From a virus (lineage: Duplodnaviria > Caudoviricetes): 57,018 nucleotides of DNA. A program made the position numbers and the translations under genes. The stretch's first letter is position 1; the number at the start of each line of letters is the position of its first letter. Location: IMG/VR virus record IMGVR_UViG_3300033996_001518, positions 1 through 57,018 of that record; one strand, given 5' to 3'. The notes under the pieces are model-generated. The model saw only the letters and a program-made list of their open reading frames with translations. It had not been told where the DNA came from and did not search any database. This document shows, piece by piece, positions 1 through 7,272 of the stretch.

Positions 1-165
1 TTTCTTTGAGAAATATTGTTTTGCCGACTTAATCCTCTCTTGAGTAAAGTTTTCCGGTGTGTCCTCCCAAACGACTTGAATGTACGGGTTATCTAATGTC
101 TCCACATCTAAATTGTGTTGCATTTCTTTTAAATTAAAAATTGGTGGCGGATTGAATAAATCCAT
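1..165 (-). CDS. N-terminal fragment of a gene running off the window (MDLFNPPPIFNLKEMQHNLDVETLDNPYIQVVWEDTPENFTQERIKSAKQYFSKK...), possibly the SbcC/gp46-like recombination ATPase
   Basis: ATG at 165 just after the stop of 172..366, and the frame is open for 55 codons to the window edge. The product guess rests on proximity to the gp47/SbcD-like gene; no Walker A motif is visible in the window. Confidence 0.4.
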   Translation of the reverse strand, partial: MDLFNPPPIFNLKEMQHNLDVETLDNPYIQVVWEDTPENFTQERIKSAKQYFSKK

Positions 166-171
166 AGTTTA

Positions 172-366
172 TTATTGTGATACTACCTCAACATTTTGAG
201 TGTTTCCGCTTTGAGCTTGCTCCTCAGCATATTTTCTTTTTAACTCTTCCATTTGTTGAGTCATAACTTTTTGAAAAGCGTTTTTCTGACTTTTAATAGT
301 CTGATTTCTTTCTTGAACTTTCTTTGCGTGAGTTTTAGTTCCTCCTCTTTTTTTAGATGTTGGCAT
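172..366 (-). CDS. small basic/coiled-coil hypothetical protein (64 aa)
   Basis: Fits the tight - strand gene packing. Lys/Arg-rich N-terminus followed by a helical segment. Confidence 0.7.
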   Translation of the reverse strand: MPTSKKRGGTKTHAKKVQERNQTIKSQKNAFQKVMTQQMEELKRKYAEEQAQSGNTQNVEVVSQ

Positions 367-393
367 AATTGTATTTATTTAATTGTTATTTAT

Positions 394-924
394 TTAAAAT
401 CCTTCTCCGGTTATATCACCTGTGTTATTTTCACCGTCAATTTGTTGTTGTAATTCTTCAATTGTTGGTGTTGGTTCAGAATTAACTCTATCTTCAAGTT
501 CTTTCCTTAACATATCTCCAATTCGTTGTAATTGATTGGTAACATCTTCATTAACTACCGGATTTGAATTAGGTTCCTCTTCATCATCCATATAATATTG
601 TAACCAATTTGGTCTTTCAGGAACACTAATTGAATCTACTTTTTCCATCATCAGTTGAACTTCAGTCTTACTTCCCCTCAACATTTTCCCCATTTTAACC
701 TTATTTTCAAGTCTAATAAAATCTTTATAAAATTGGTCTCCTCCACTGAAATTAATATCAATTTCGTTGTTCTCCAAATATTCAATGATATCAATCATAA
801 GTTCATCATCGCCAAGAATCCCCATATTATTACATAATGCAAATAAATCAGTCGCCTTAATAATCCATCTTTGAGCTTTCTTATCGTTAAGTTGTTTAAT
901 GATAAATTCATTTAATTTTTCCAT
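394..924 (-). CDS. hypothetical protein, acidic C-terminus (176 aa)
   Basis: ORF abutting neighbours on the same strand; no recognised motif. Confidence 0.75.
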   Translation of the reverse strand: MEKLNEFIIKQLNDKKAQRWIIKATDLFALCNNMGILGDDELMIDIIEYLENNEIDINFSGGDQFYKDFIRLENKVKMGKMLRGSKTEVQLMMEKVDSISVPERPNWLQYYMDDEEEPNSNPVVNEDVTNQLQRIGDMLRKELEDRVNSEPTPTIEELQQQIDGENNTGDITGEGF

Positions 925-925
925 C

Positions 926-1273
926 TTACTTTATTCGGTTTTCTTCGAAAAACTCTACGACAGCATTTATCGCCCATACCGCTCCAGATGCTAACATACC
1001 ATCAAAGAACCATGAACCCCAACTTGAAATCCCTAACATCTCATGTACCGGAGAATATACAAAAAATCCAAGAAAGAATCCAACCCAAGTTGAACAACAC
1101 ATCATACAGATTAATATTCCTGAGACGAAATTAAAAAATCCGTTAAAGGGCATTACTTTATCATCCCCCATTTCTTTTATAAATTTTCGAGTACCGTTAA
1201 AGATACTTCCGTAAACAAGGATGTTGGTCATTCCATAAGCCATTACCATCCAAAGTAATAATTGTGTTATCAT
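926..1273 (-). CDS. small membrane protein, DUF1360-like (115 aa)
   Basis: About three hydrophobic segments and a CxxC-S-x-W motif (LICMMCCSTWVG) resembling DUF1360 proteins. Confidence 0.6.
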   Translation of the reverse strand: MITQLLLWMVMAYGMTNILVYGSIFNGTRKFIKEMGDDKVMPFNGFFNFVSGILICMMCCSTWVGFFLGFFVYSPVHEMLGISSWGSWFFDGMLASGAVWAINAVVEFFEENRIK

Positions 1274-1276
1274 ATT

Positions 1277-2092
1277 TTATTTATTATAAAGTTTATCGTC
1301 CAAATTTGAACCTTTTAAGTACATTGCTTTAGTCCCTTCATTAAACTTTTGTATATCTTGGATAGTCTTCTCGTATTCCTTAATCAACTTATCTTTTTCG
1401 ATATTATCAAGTTTCAATTTTTGAACTGTGTTTTGGAGAGCATCTAACTTAGGTTTTAATTTATTGTCGGATGTCTCTTTTTCAACAATAACCTCTTTAA
1501 TCACTTCAATTTCTTTAATTACTTCAACTTCTTTGATTATCTCAACCGGAACTTCTTTAATCACTTCCTTAATTGTTTCGACTATTTTGGGTGGTTGATT
1601 TTCCAACTGTTGTATTTTTAACAACAATTCATTAACTTGAGTATCATCTGAGACTTTAACAATCTTTTCAACAACTTTCTCAACTGGCACTTCTTTGATG
1701 ACTTCTTGAATCACCACTCTCTCAACGGGAACCTCTTTGGTCACCTCAACAATCTTCTCAACCACCCTGTCAACGGGAACTTCTTTAATTACCTCAACTA
1801 TCTTTTCTACCGGAATCTCTTTTACCACTTCAACAAGTTTCTCAACATCAACATATTCGATTTTGACAACTTCTTTTTCTTCAACAACAGGAACCTCAAC
1901 GTATTTGATAACTTCTTTGATAACTTCTTTCTCAATAACATTCCCTGAACCTGACAATAGTCCATACTTTTCAATTTTGAACCCCTCCAAATAAGAACTC
2001 TTCAATATCGTTTCAGGTTCGAAATTGTTGAGTTTACAATAACTTAATAAGTCCTTGTGTTCTTTGGAAGTTAGTTCAAGATTGATATTCAT
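1277..2092 (-). CDS. V/E/K/P-repeat (alveolin/articulin-like) protein with C-terminal coiled coil (271 aa)
   Basis: Many EVPVE(K/R)(I/V)VE repeats, then a heptad-like C-terminal segment. Confidence 0.75.
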   Translation of the reverse strand: MNINLELTSKEHKDLLSYCKLNNFEPETILKSSYLEGFKIEKYGLLSGSGNVIEKEVIKEVIKYVEVPVVEEKEVVKIEYVDVEKLVEVVKEIPVEKIVEVIKEVPVDRVVEKIVEVTKEVPVERVVIQEVIKEVPVEKVVEKIVKVSDDTQVNELLLKIQQLENQPPKIVETIKEVIKEVPVEIIKEVEVIKEIEVIKEVIVEKETSDNKLKPKLDALQNTVQKLKLDNIEKDKLIKEYEKTIQDIQKFNEGTKAMYLKGSNLDDKLYNK

Positions 2093-2391
2093 TTTAATTT
2101 TCTTTTTGGTGTTGGTTCGTAATAATCATTATCAAAGTCCGGAACGATTTCAGGGTTATATTCAATACCCGTCTCATAGTTGTTTCCAATCCAAATATTA
2201 TATCTCTCAATATAAGTTAATTCTTCACAACAATCTTCACCCCACCTTTGATAGAACTCGTCATCAGTTAACAATTTCTTTACGAACTCACCTCTTGTAG
2301 GTGGTAAATTGTCTTTATCAACGACATTATTTTCATAAAACCATTTGGTATACCTTTGACCCGCCTGTTCAATACAATTATTTTCCACCAT
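2089..2391 (-). CDS. hypothetical protein (100 aa)
   Basis: Overlaps both neighbours in operon-like fashion; no recognised motif. Confidence 0.65.
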   Translation of the reverse strand: MVENNCIEQAGQRYTKWFYENNVVDKDNLPPTRGEFVKKLLTDDEFYQRWGEDCCEELTYIERYNIWIGNNYETGIEYNPEIVPDFDNDYYEPTPKRKLK

Positions 2392-3163
2392 TTACTAGTT
2401 TTTCCGTTCCCTTTTCAATACAATCAAATGAGTCCATACGGAACGATAAGAATGGTTTTGGGTTAGGTAAATCAACAAAGTCATATTGGTCTTTATCAAT
2501 CTCATAAACTCCGTACCCATGTTTATTTACGGTCTCACCAAAGTTTTGTTGAATGGTTGAACCAATCATATACGCTTTCTTTCCACCCGGAATATCAAAC
2601 ACTTGTCTCTTGTGGATATCACCACATAATACAAGGTCACACCCATCAAACTTACTTACCTCAAACCCATCTTCAAATTTAAACCCGATGTCGGTGTATA
2701 ACCCTTGAATAGGTCCATGAAATAATCCAATGTTCTTGTTCTCTGATTTGTTAATGTCCGGTGGAATGTTATGTTCCATTAAAGAATAAACACACCAATT
2801 CACGTTATCATCAGGATAAACCCCACGATTCTTTAAATAGACAATATTGTCGTTCTTTAGTGAATCAATGATTGGTGTTAACGCATCCAATCTCGCATTA
2901 TTGTTCTCAAGGAAATCATGATTCCCAATAATAACAATAGTTTTGGCTATCTTGGAACATTCCGTTAATATCCAAGCGACGAACTCAACCAATTCAGGTG
3001 TCATTTGGTTCTTGGAATGAACCAAGTCACCAGTGAACACAATTCGGTCCGGTTGTAATGTTTTCCATTCACTTAAGGCAGATTCAAGGATTCCACGATA
3101 TAAATCGTGGTCCTTGAATAACCTGACGTGTAAATCAGAAAAATGTACTAATCTGTTTATCAT
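2378..3163 (-). CDS. calcineurin-like metallophosphoesterase, Mre11/SbcD/T4 gp47-like recombination nuclease subunit
   Basis: Motifs FSDLH, TGDLVH, GNHD, FHG and GDIHKRQ, plus a GS..QQNFGE segment typical of SbcD/gp47-like proteins. Confidence 0.85.
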   Translation of the reverse strand: MINRLVHFSDLHVRLFKDHDLYRGILESALSEWKTLQPDRIVFTGDLVHSKNQMTPELVEFVAWILTECSKIAKTIVIIGNHDFLENNNARLDALTPIIDSLKNDNIVYLKNRGVYPDDNVNWCVYSLMEHNIPPDINKSENKNIGLFHGPIQGLYTDIGFKFEDGFEVSKFDGCDLVLCGDIHKRQVFDIPGGKKAYMIGSTIQQNFGETVNKHGYGVYEIDKDQYDFVDLPNPKPFLSFRMDSFDCIEKGTEKLVNGGK

Positions 3164-3399
3164 TAGTCTTTAATTAAAGTTTTTTCTTGTTCTTCAAATG
3201 GGTTAAACCCTTTGTTTACGTGTCCACAAGATTCACATTTGTAAATCGGGAATGGTACGGTTGTGTCTTCAGGTGACCCGGTCATTAGTTTAGGGACTCT
3301 CTTTAGATAGATAACCTCTCTAAAGTAAATTCCATCACATGAGTCACATTTTATCGTAGGACACTCTTTTAAATTAATCTTTGGTTGTTGTAATTCCAT
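3163..3399 (-). CDS. zinc-ribbon protein (about 78 aa; start corrected to ATG at 3399)
   Basis: CDSC...CESC pairs. ATG at 3399 (MELQQPK) reduces the overlap with the upstream gene compared with the track start at 3435. Confidence 0.7.
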   Translation of the reverse strand: MELQQPKINLKECPTIKCDSCDGIYFREVIYLKRVPKLMTGSPEDTTVPFPIYKCESCGHVNKGFNPFEEQEKTLIKD

Positions 3400-4261
3400 A
3401 TTGTTTTGTATTAAGTTTTTCAAGGAAAATATCAATGTTCTCCTTTAGATTAGAAATATACGAAGGTTCTACCGATTGTTCAAGTTTTTCCAAGCTATCT
3501 TTTAATAAATCAAAATCTAATTTTTTTAATGTACCACTAAATGAATTGATATTATCAATTGATTGTTTTATTTTTTTATAAGTAACAAACTTTAACCTAT
3601 AAATGGTTACCATTTTAAGAAGTGTCTCATCACTCCAACCACCACTCGTAATTAACTTATCTTGACAAGTACTATCTGATGTATTATAAATTTCAATTGC
3701 ACTTGTTATCCCGACGTTATTCCAATTAGAATAAAACGCCAACTTTCGATATTGAGGAGTCGTTTTATCTGTTTTATCAATTAAATAAGCAAGTAAGGCG
3801 TTTCTAGTATAATTGTTAAACGTCGCAGGATTGTTTTTTGAGGCAGTACACCATCTCGTATTGGAACCATATTTTAACGAACCTTTATGAGTTTTTGGGA
3901 TAACGAAAAGAGTTTCATCATCTTCATATAAAACTTCAATATGGTCCACCCTATCAAATGTCTTTGAGTCTTTTTCTTCTTCGGCAACATTTACAACATT
4001 TTTTAACACGTTAATGTTAAAATAACTTTTATGGTAAATGTCTTTCTCAATAATATATGGTAAAAGACTATCGAATTTCTTAACCAAGTCAATCAAATTA
4101 TCTATTGTTCTAACACACGCGTTATTGGCTCTATTACTCCAAGTTTTTAATAAAAATTCCGCATATTTTTTTGTCGGAGTTTCGTCTCCGTTAACTAATC
4201 GGTTAAAGCTATCAGGTTTTAAACTGGAATACTTAACTCTTAAATCATCAATTTTTGACAT
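3374..4261 (-). CDS. conserved large-phage hypothetical protein with YG.NT.WCT motif (295 aa)
   Basis: KTHKGSLKYGSNTRWCTAS motif, recalled from large-phage hypothetical proteins. It has its own host-type promoter upstream. Confidence 0.7.
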   Translation of the reverse strand: MSKIDDLRVKYSSLKPDSFNRLVNGDETPTKKYAEFLLKTWSNRANNACVRTIDNLIDLVKKFDSLLPYIIEKDIYHKSYFNINVLKNVVNVAEEEKDSKTFDRVDHIEVLYEDDETLFVIPKTHKGSLKYGSNTRWCTASKNNPATFNNYTRNALLAYLIDKTDKTTPQYRKLAFYSNWNNVGITSAIEIYNTSDSTCQDKLITSGGWSDETLLKMVTIYRLKFVTYKKIKQSIDNINSFSGTLKKLDFDLLKDSLEKLEQSVEPSYISNLKENIDIFLEKLNTKQYGITTTKD

Positions 4262-4283
4262 ATTGTTTGGTTTATATTGACGA

Positions 4284-4315
4284 CAAAGGTAAATAAAGTT
4301 TTTTACTTGGCCAAA
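4284..4315 (-). promoter_or_regulatory. Bacteroidota primary-sigma promoter (-33 TTTG, -7 TACCTTTG, 20-bp spacer)
   Basis: The - strand reads TTTG (4315-4312), N20, TACCTTTG (4291-4284), 22 bp upstream of the 4261 start. This matches the Bacteroidetes TTTG-N19-21-TAnnTTTG consensus. Confidence 0.7.
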
Positions 4316-5148
4316 TATTTTTTCATATCCATTTCCAAAGTCGTTGTAATAACCTCTTTTGGTACTCGGTATTCATCAAACTCGGCAGTCTCTTTCAAGT
4401 GTGTTACAATACAACCATACAATTTAATGTTTTCATATTTGGTCCCTTGTAACATTTTGATAAGTAATTTCCCATATAAAGGTAATTGGACGAAGTAGTG
4501 ACCTAATGCAATATCAGGTTGTTTTTGATATGGTTCCAACATTCTTTTGGTATACCTTGTTTCCAAGAAGTTCTTTGGTTTGTTCGTTTTCCAATCGGTA
4601 ATTACCAAACCAAACTCATTTTGATGAATGTTCATAATCAACCATACCTTATCGGGTTGTCCGGTGTATCCAAGTTCCGGGTCACCCAATACCATCTCAG
4701 TATCAAGTAGAACCGCACCTCGTTGTTCCATTAAGTTAAGGAAGTTTTTACCGGCAGTAATCATATTATCCCCCTTGAATATCTGTGTATTATCACATTC
4801 AAAAACTGGTTGTCTAACTTCTTTGTAAGACCCATTTCGGTCAATAACTTCTTTTTCAAGGACAAAGTGAACTCTACTACCCATATTGGTTGAGTAGGTT
4901 CCGGCTGCCGCCCACTCCTCAATCAATTCTTGTTGTTTTTGTGGGTCACCCTTAGCTTTATTATACGCTGCTTGTTCCGTCGGGAACTCCGTATAAAATT
5001 TCTTTAGTACTTTAGACACAGAAGGATAATCCGTCTTACCATTCATGGTATAGATGTGATTATCCTCTTCAAAAGTAAGACCTAATTCTTGTTGTCTTTG
5101 ACTAATTAGTTCTCGTATTTCTTGTGCAATAGTTTTTAATTCTATCAT
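4303..5148 (-). CDS. PD-(D/E)XK family exonuclease (Cas4/RecB-like fold, no Fe-S cysteines)
   Basis: YPSVSKVL, GSRVH, GQPD, ITDWKT and QLPLY motifs. Confidence 0.8.
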   Translation of the reverse strand: MIELKTIAQEIRELISQRQQELGLTFEEDNHIYTMNGKTDYPSVSKVLKKFYTEFPTEQAAYNKAKGDPQKQQELIEEWAAAGTYSTNMGSRVHFVLEKEVIDRNGSYKEVRQPVFECDNTQIFKGDNMITAGKNFLNLMEQRGAVLLDTEMVLGDPELGYTGQPDKVWLIMNIHQNEFGLVITDWKTNKPKNFLETRYTKRMLEPYQKQPDIALGHYFVQLPLYGKLLIKMLQGTKYENIKLYGCIVTHLKETAEFDEYRVPKEVITTTLEMDMKKYLAK

Positions 5149-5158
5149 ATTTTTTTTA

Positions 5159-6073
5159 TTATTTTATTTCGTAATAGTATTCGTCAATCTGACCTTTTAA
5201 GTCCGCAACGTCCATATCTTTAGGTGGTTTAATTATTTTAATCTTATTGTATAATCTTCCCCCATTTAATTCATGATATAATTTGAAAGCATCATCCCAA
5301 GCGTCCTCATCTAAACAAATAATAATCTTACCTAACGCATTTTCATATAGAGTCTCGAATAATAATGAACTCATTTTCTTACCTAACATAGCAATTGAAT
5401 TATCTAAAAAGAACCCATCAAACGCTCCTTCAACCAAATAAACATCTTTAAACCAATCTATCCTACTTTCGTTGAATATGATTTCATCTTTAGCGGCAGT
5501 AGGGTTTTTATACTTCATCTTATTTGGAACCCATGAACGAGCAATAAAATAGTTTAACCTATTGTTTTTATCAAATGATGGTACGATAACTCTATAAGCA
5601 AATTCACCACTCACGGTATATCCTATTTGGTATTTCTCAATAATCTCATCCGTAATACCTCGAGATTTCAAATATCGATAAGCTTCAGCGTGTGGTATAA
5701 ATCTTGGATTGGAGTCTTTAAATTGAGTGTACCCCTCCGGAAGTTTTAATTGAGTTTTCTTGGCCTCTTGAACTTTTAACTCCTCAGGTTTTATTAAGTT
5801 ATAAACCTTTTTCTGTTCTTTTGTTCCATGTTTATCAAACAGTCGGCCTAATGGACCTTGGGTACCTTCTGATTCACCACAAACCCAACATTTATAAACG
5901 TGTTTACTATAGTTGATTTCCAAGTTTCCTTTACCATCACCCTTATCTAAACCTTTCTCATTCGCACAGACAGGACAGTCAAAAGAAATTTGTGCTTTTG
6001 ACTCATAATGATTTTTGGCTTTACCTAACACATCGGTTAGTAAATCAACTAATACCTCAACTTCTTCATCCAT
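5159..6073 (-). CDS. DNA primase (DnaG/T4 gp61-like)
   Basis: N-terminal Zn finger CPVC...CWVC, YLKSRGI, KYKNP, and Toprim motifs VEGAFD and DEDA. Confidence 0.9.
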   Translation of the reverse strand: MDEEVEVLVDLLTDVLGKAKNHYESKAQISFDCPVCANEKGLDKGDGKGNLEINYSKHVYKCWVCGESEGTQGPLGRLFDKHGTKEQKKVYNLIKPEELKVQEAKKTQLKLPEGYTQFKDSNPRFIPHAEAYRYLKSRGITDEIIEKYQIGYTVSGEFAYRVIVPSFDKNNRLNYFIARSWVPNKMKYKNPTAAKDEIIFNESRIDWFKDVYLVEGAFDGFFLDNSIAMLGKKMSSLLFETLYENALGKIIICLDEDAWDDAFKLYHELNGGRLYNKIKIIKPPKDMDVADLKGQIDEYYYEIK

Positions 6074-6090
6074 TCTCTAAGTATAAGAAA

Positions 6091-6252
6091 TTATTTTGAT
6101 TTATCATAAAAGTCCCAATCCGCAATATGTTTTTTCCACCATTGTTTCAAACGACTACTATCATCAAGTTTTTCAATTTTATTACCGATTGGTATTATTA
6201 AAATACACCATAGGGTTGCAATACCCCAAATTATAAAAAAAGCTATATCCAT
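6091..6252 (-). CDS. 53-aa single-TM membrane protein (MDIAFFIIWGIATLWCILIIPIGNKIEKLDDSSRLKQWWKKHIADWDFYDKSK), below the ORF-track cutoff
   Basis: Translated by hand: ATG at 6252, TAA at 6093-6091. It fills the gap between 6073 and 6243 and has a hydrophobic N-terminus. Confidence 0.65.
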   Translation of the reverse strand: MDIAFFIIWGIATLWCILIIPIGNKIEKLDDSSRLKQWWKKHIADWDFYDKSK

Positions 6253-6620
6253 TTTATTGTTTTTATTGAGTTCACATATTTAATTTTAACATCAAAATAT
6301 ACCATGTGGTTATTAATATCTTTAAGTAACTGACTTCTTAAGAATCTACCAAGTCTAACCCGTGAAATATGATACCGGTCACTATTTTTAACATCTGCAG
6401 TAAACCATTCATCAGGACGAATGGAAGAAAGACCCGCCTCTATCTCACCTTTAAATACCACATCAACCTCAACATAACCGGTACTTGGTGGACTATTATA
6501 AACCCTATACCCTGTAATAGAAAAGACACCCCTATGTCGTTCACCAACTGTAGGAATGTCTTTTGAAAACTTTAAAATTGTTTTTCGAAGATTTTTAGTG
6601 TCAATGTCCTTTCTAATCAT
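6243..6620 (-). CDS. hypothetical protein (125 aa)
   Basis: ORF immediately downstream of a consensus Bacteroidota promoter. Confidence 0.7.
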   Translation of the reverse strand: MIRKDIDTKNLRKTILKFSKDIPTVGERHRGVFSITGYRVYNSPPSTGYVEVDVVFKGEIEAGLSSIRPDEWFTADVKNSDRYHISRVRLGRFLRSQLLKDINNHMVYFDVKIKYVNSIKTIKWI

Positions 6621-6643
6621 TACCTTAACTTTAATTTGTCAAG

Positions 6644-6675
6644 CAAAGATATAACATTTTTTCTAATCTACCAAA
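6644..6675 (-). promoter_or_regulatory. Bacteroidota primary-sigma promoter (-33 TTTG, -7 TATCTTTG, 20-bp spacer)
   Basis: The - strand reads TTTG (6675-6672), N20, TATCTTTG (6651-6644), 23 bp upstream of the 6620 start. Confidence 0.7.
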
Positions 6676-7270
6676 TTTCTTTCATTTTCATATAACCTAA
6701 AGCACAAGCGTAGGCGTCGGTCATATCAAAATTTTCTTTCTTTAATGTACTATTTCTAGTGTATTGCCACGTAATCTGTGGTTCTTTTTTGGCAACTAAG
6801 TCCCATATAATATTTTTCTTATCAATAGTTTTTGGTAATCCACCGAAAAGAACAAACTTACCTTTATCGTTCTCTTGAACCAATTCAGGGAATGCAAATT
6901 TTCTTGAATTATATGTTGAAATAAATTGTGGTATAACTCCAAGGATATCATACACTTCTTTGCAAACTAATGTATTGAACCTCATTAAAGTACCCACAGT
7001 GTATACGTTATTTGAGTTTAACAATGGTTCTTCAATAACCACATATTTAATTCCCATACCCGCATATTCCTCTAACTTTTGTCTAAAGATATTACTCTTA
7101 AGAATTAACTCCTCAATCTTATCCTCAACTTTTGGTTTTGGAACTGGTGATATGTGGGTTAATTCCAATAATTCTTTACTTTGAATATCAAATAACGACC
7201 AACCAATTGTTTTGGTTGATACGTCAAGCCCCAATACTTTCGGGGAATCCTTCCTCATGTTTTTTGCCAT
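6668..7270 (-). CDS. RuvC-like Holliday junction resolvase
   Basis: RNase H-fold catalytic motifs VLGLDVSTKTIGW, VIEEP and DMTDAY. Confidence 0.8.
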   Translation of the reverse strand: MAKNMRKDSPKVLGLDVSTKTIGWSLFDIQSKELLELTHISPVPKPKVEDKIEELILKSNIFRQKLEEYAGMGIKYVVIEEPLLNSNNVYTVGTLMRFNTLVCKEVYDILGVIPQFISTYNSRKFAFPELVQENDKGKFVLFGGLPKTIDKKNIIWDLVAKKEPQITWQYTRNSTLKKENFDMTDAYACALGYMKMKEIW

Positions 7271-7272
7271 AT

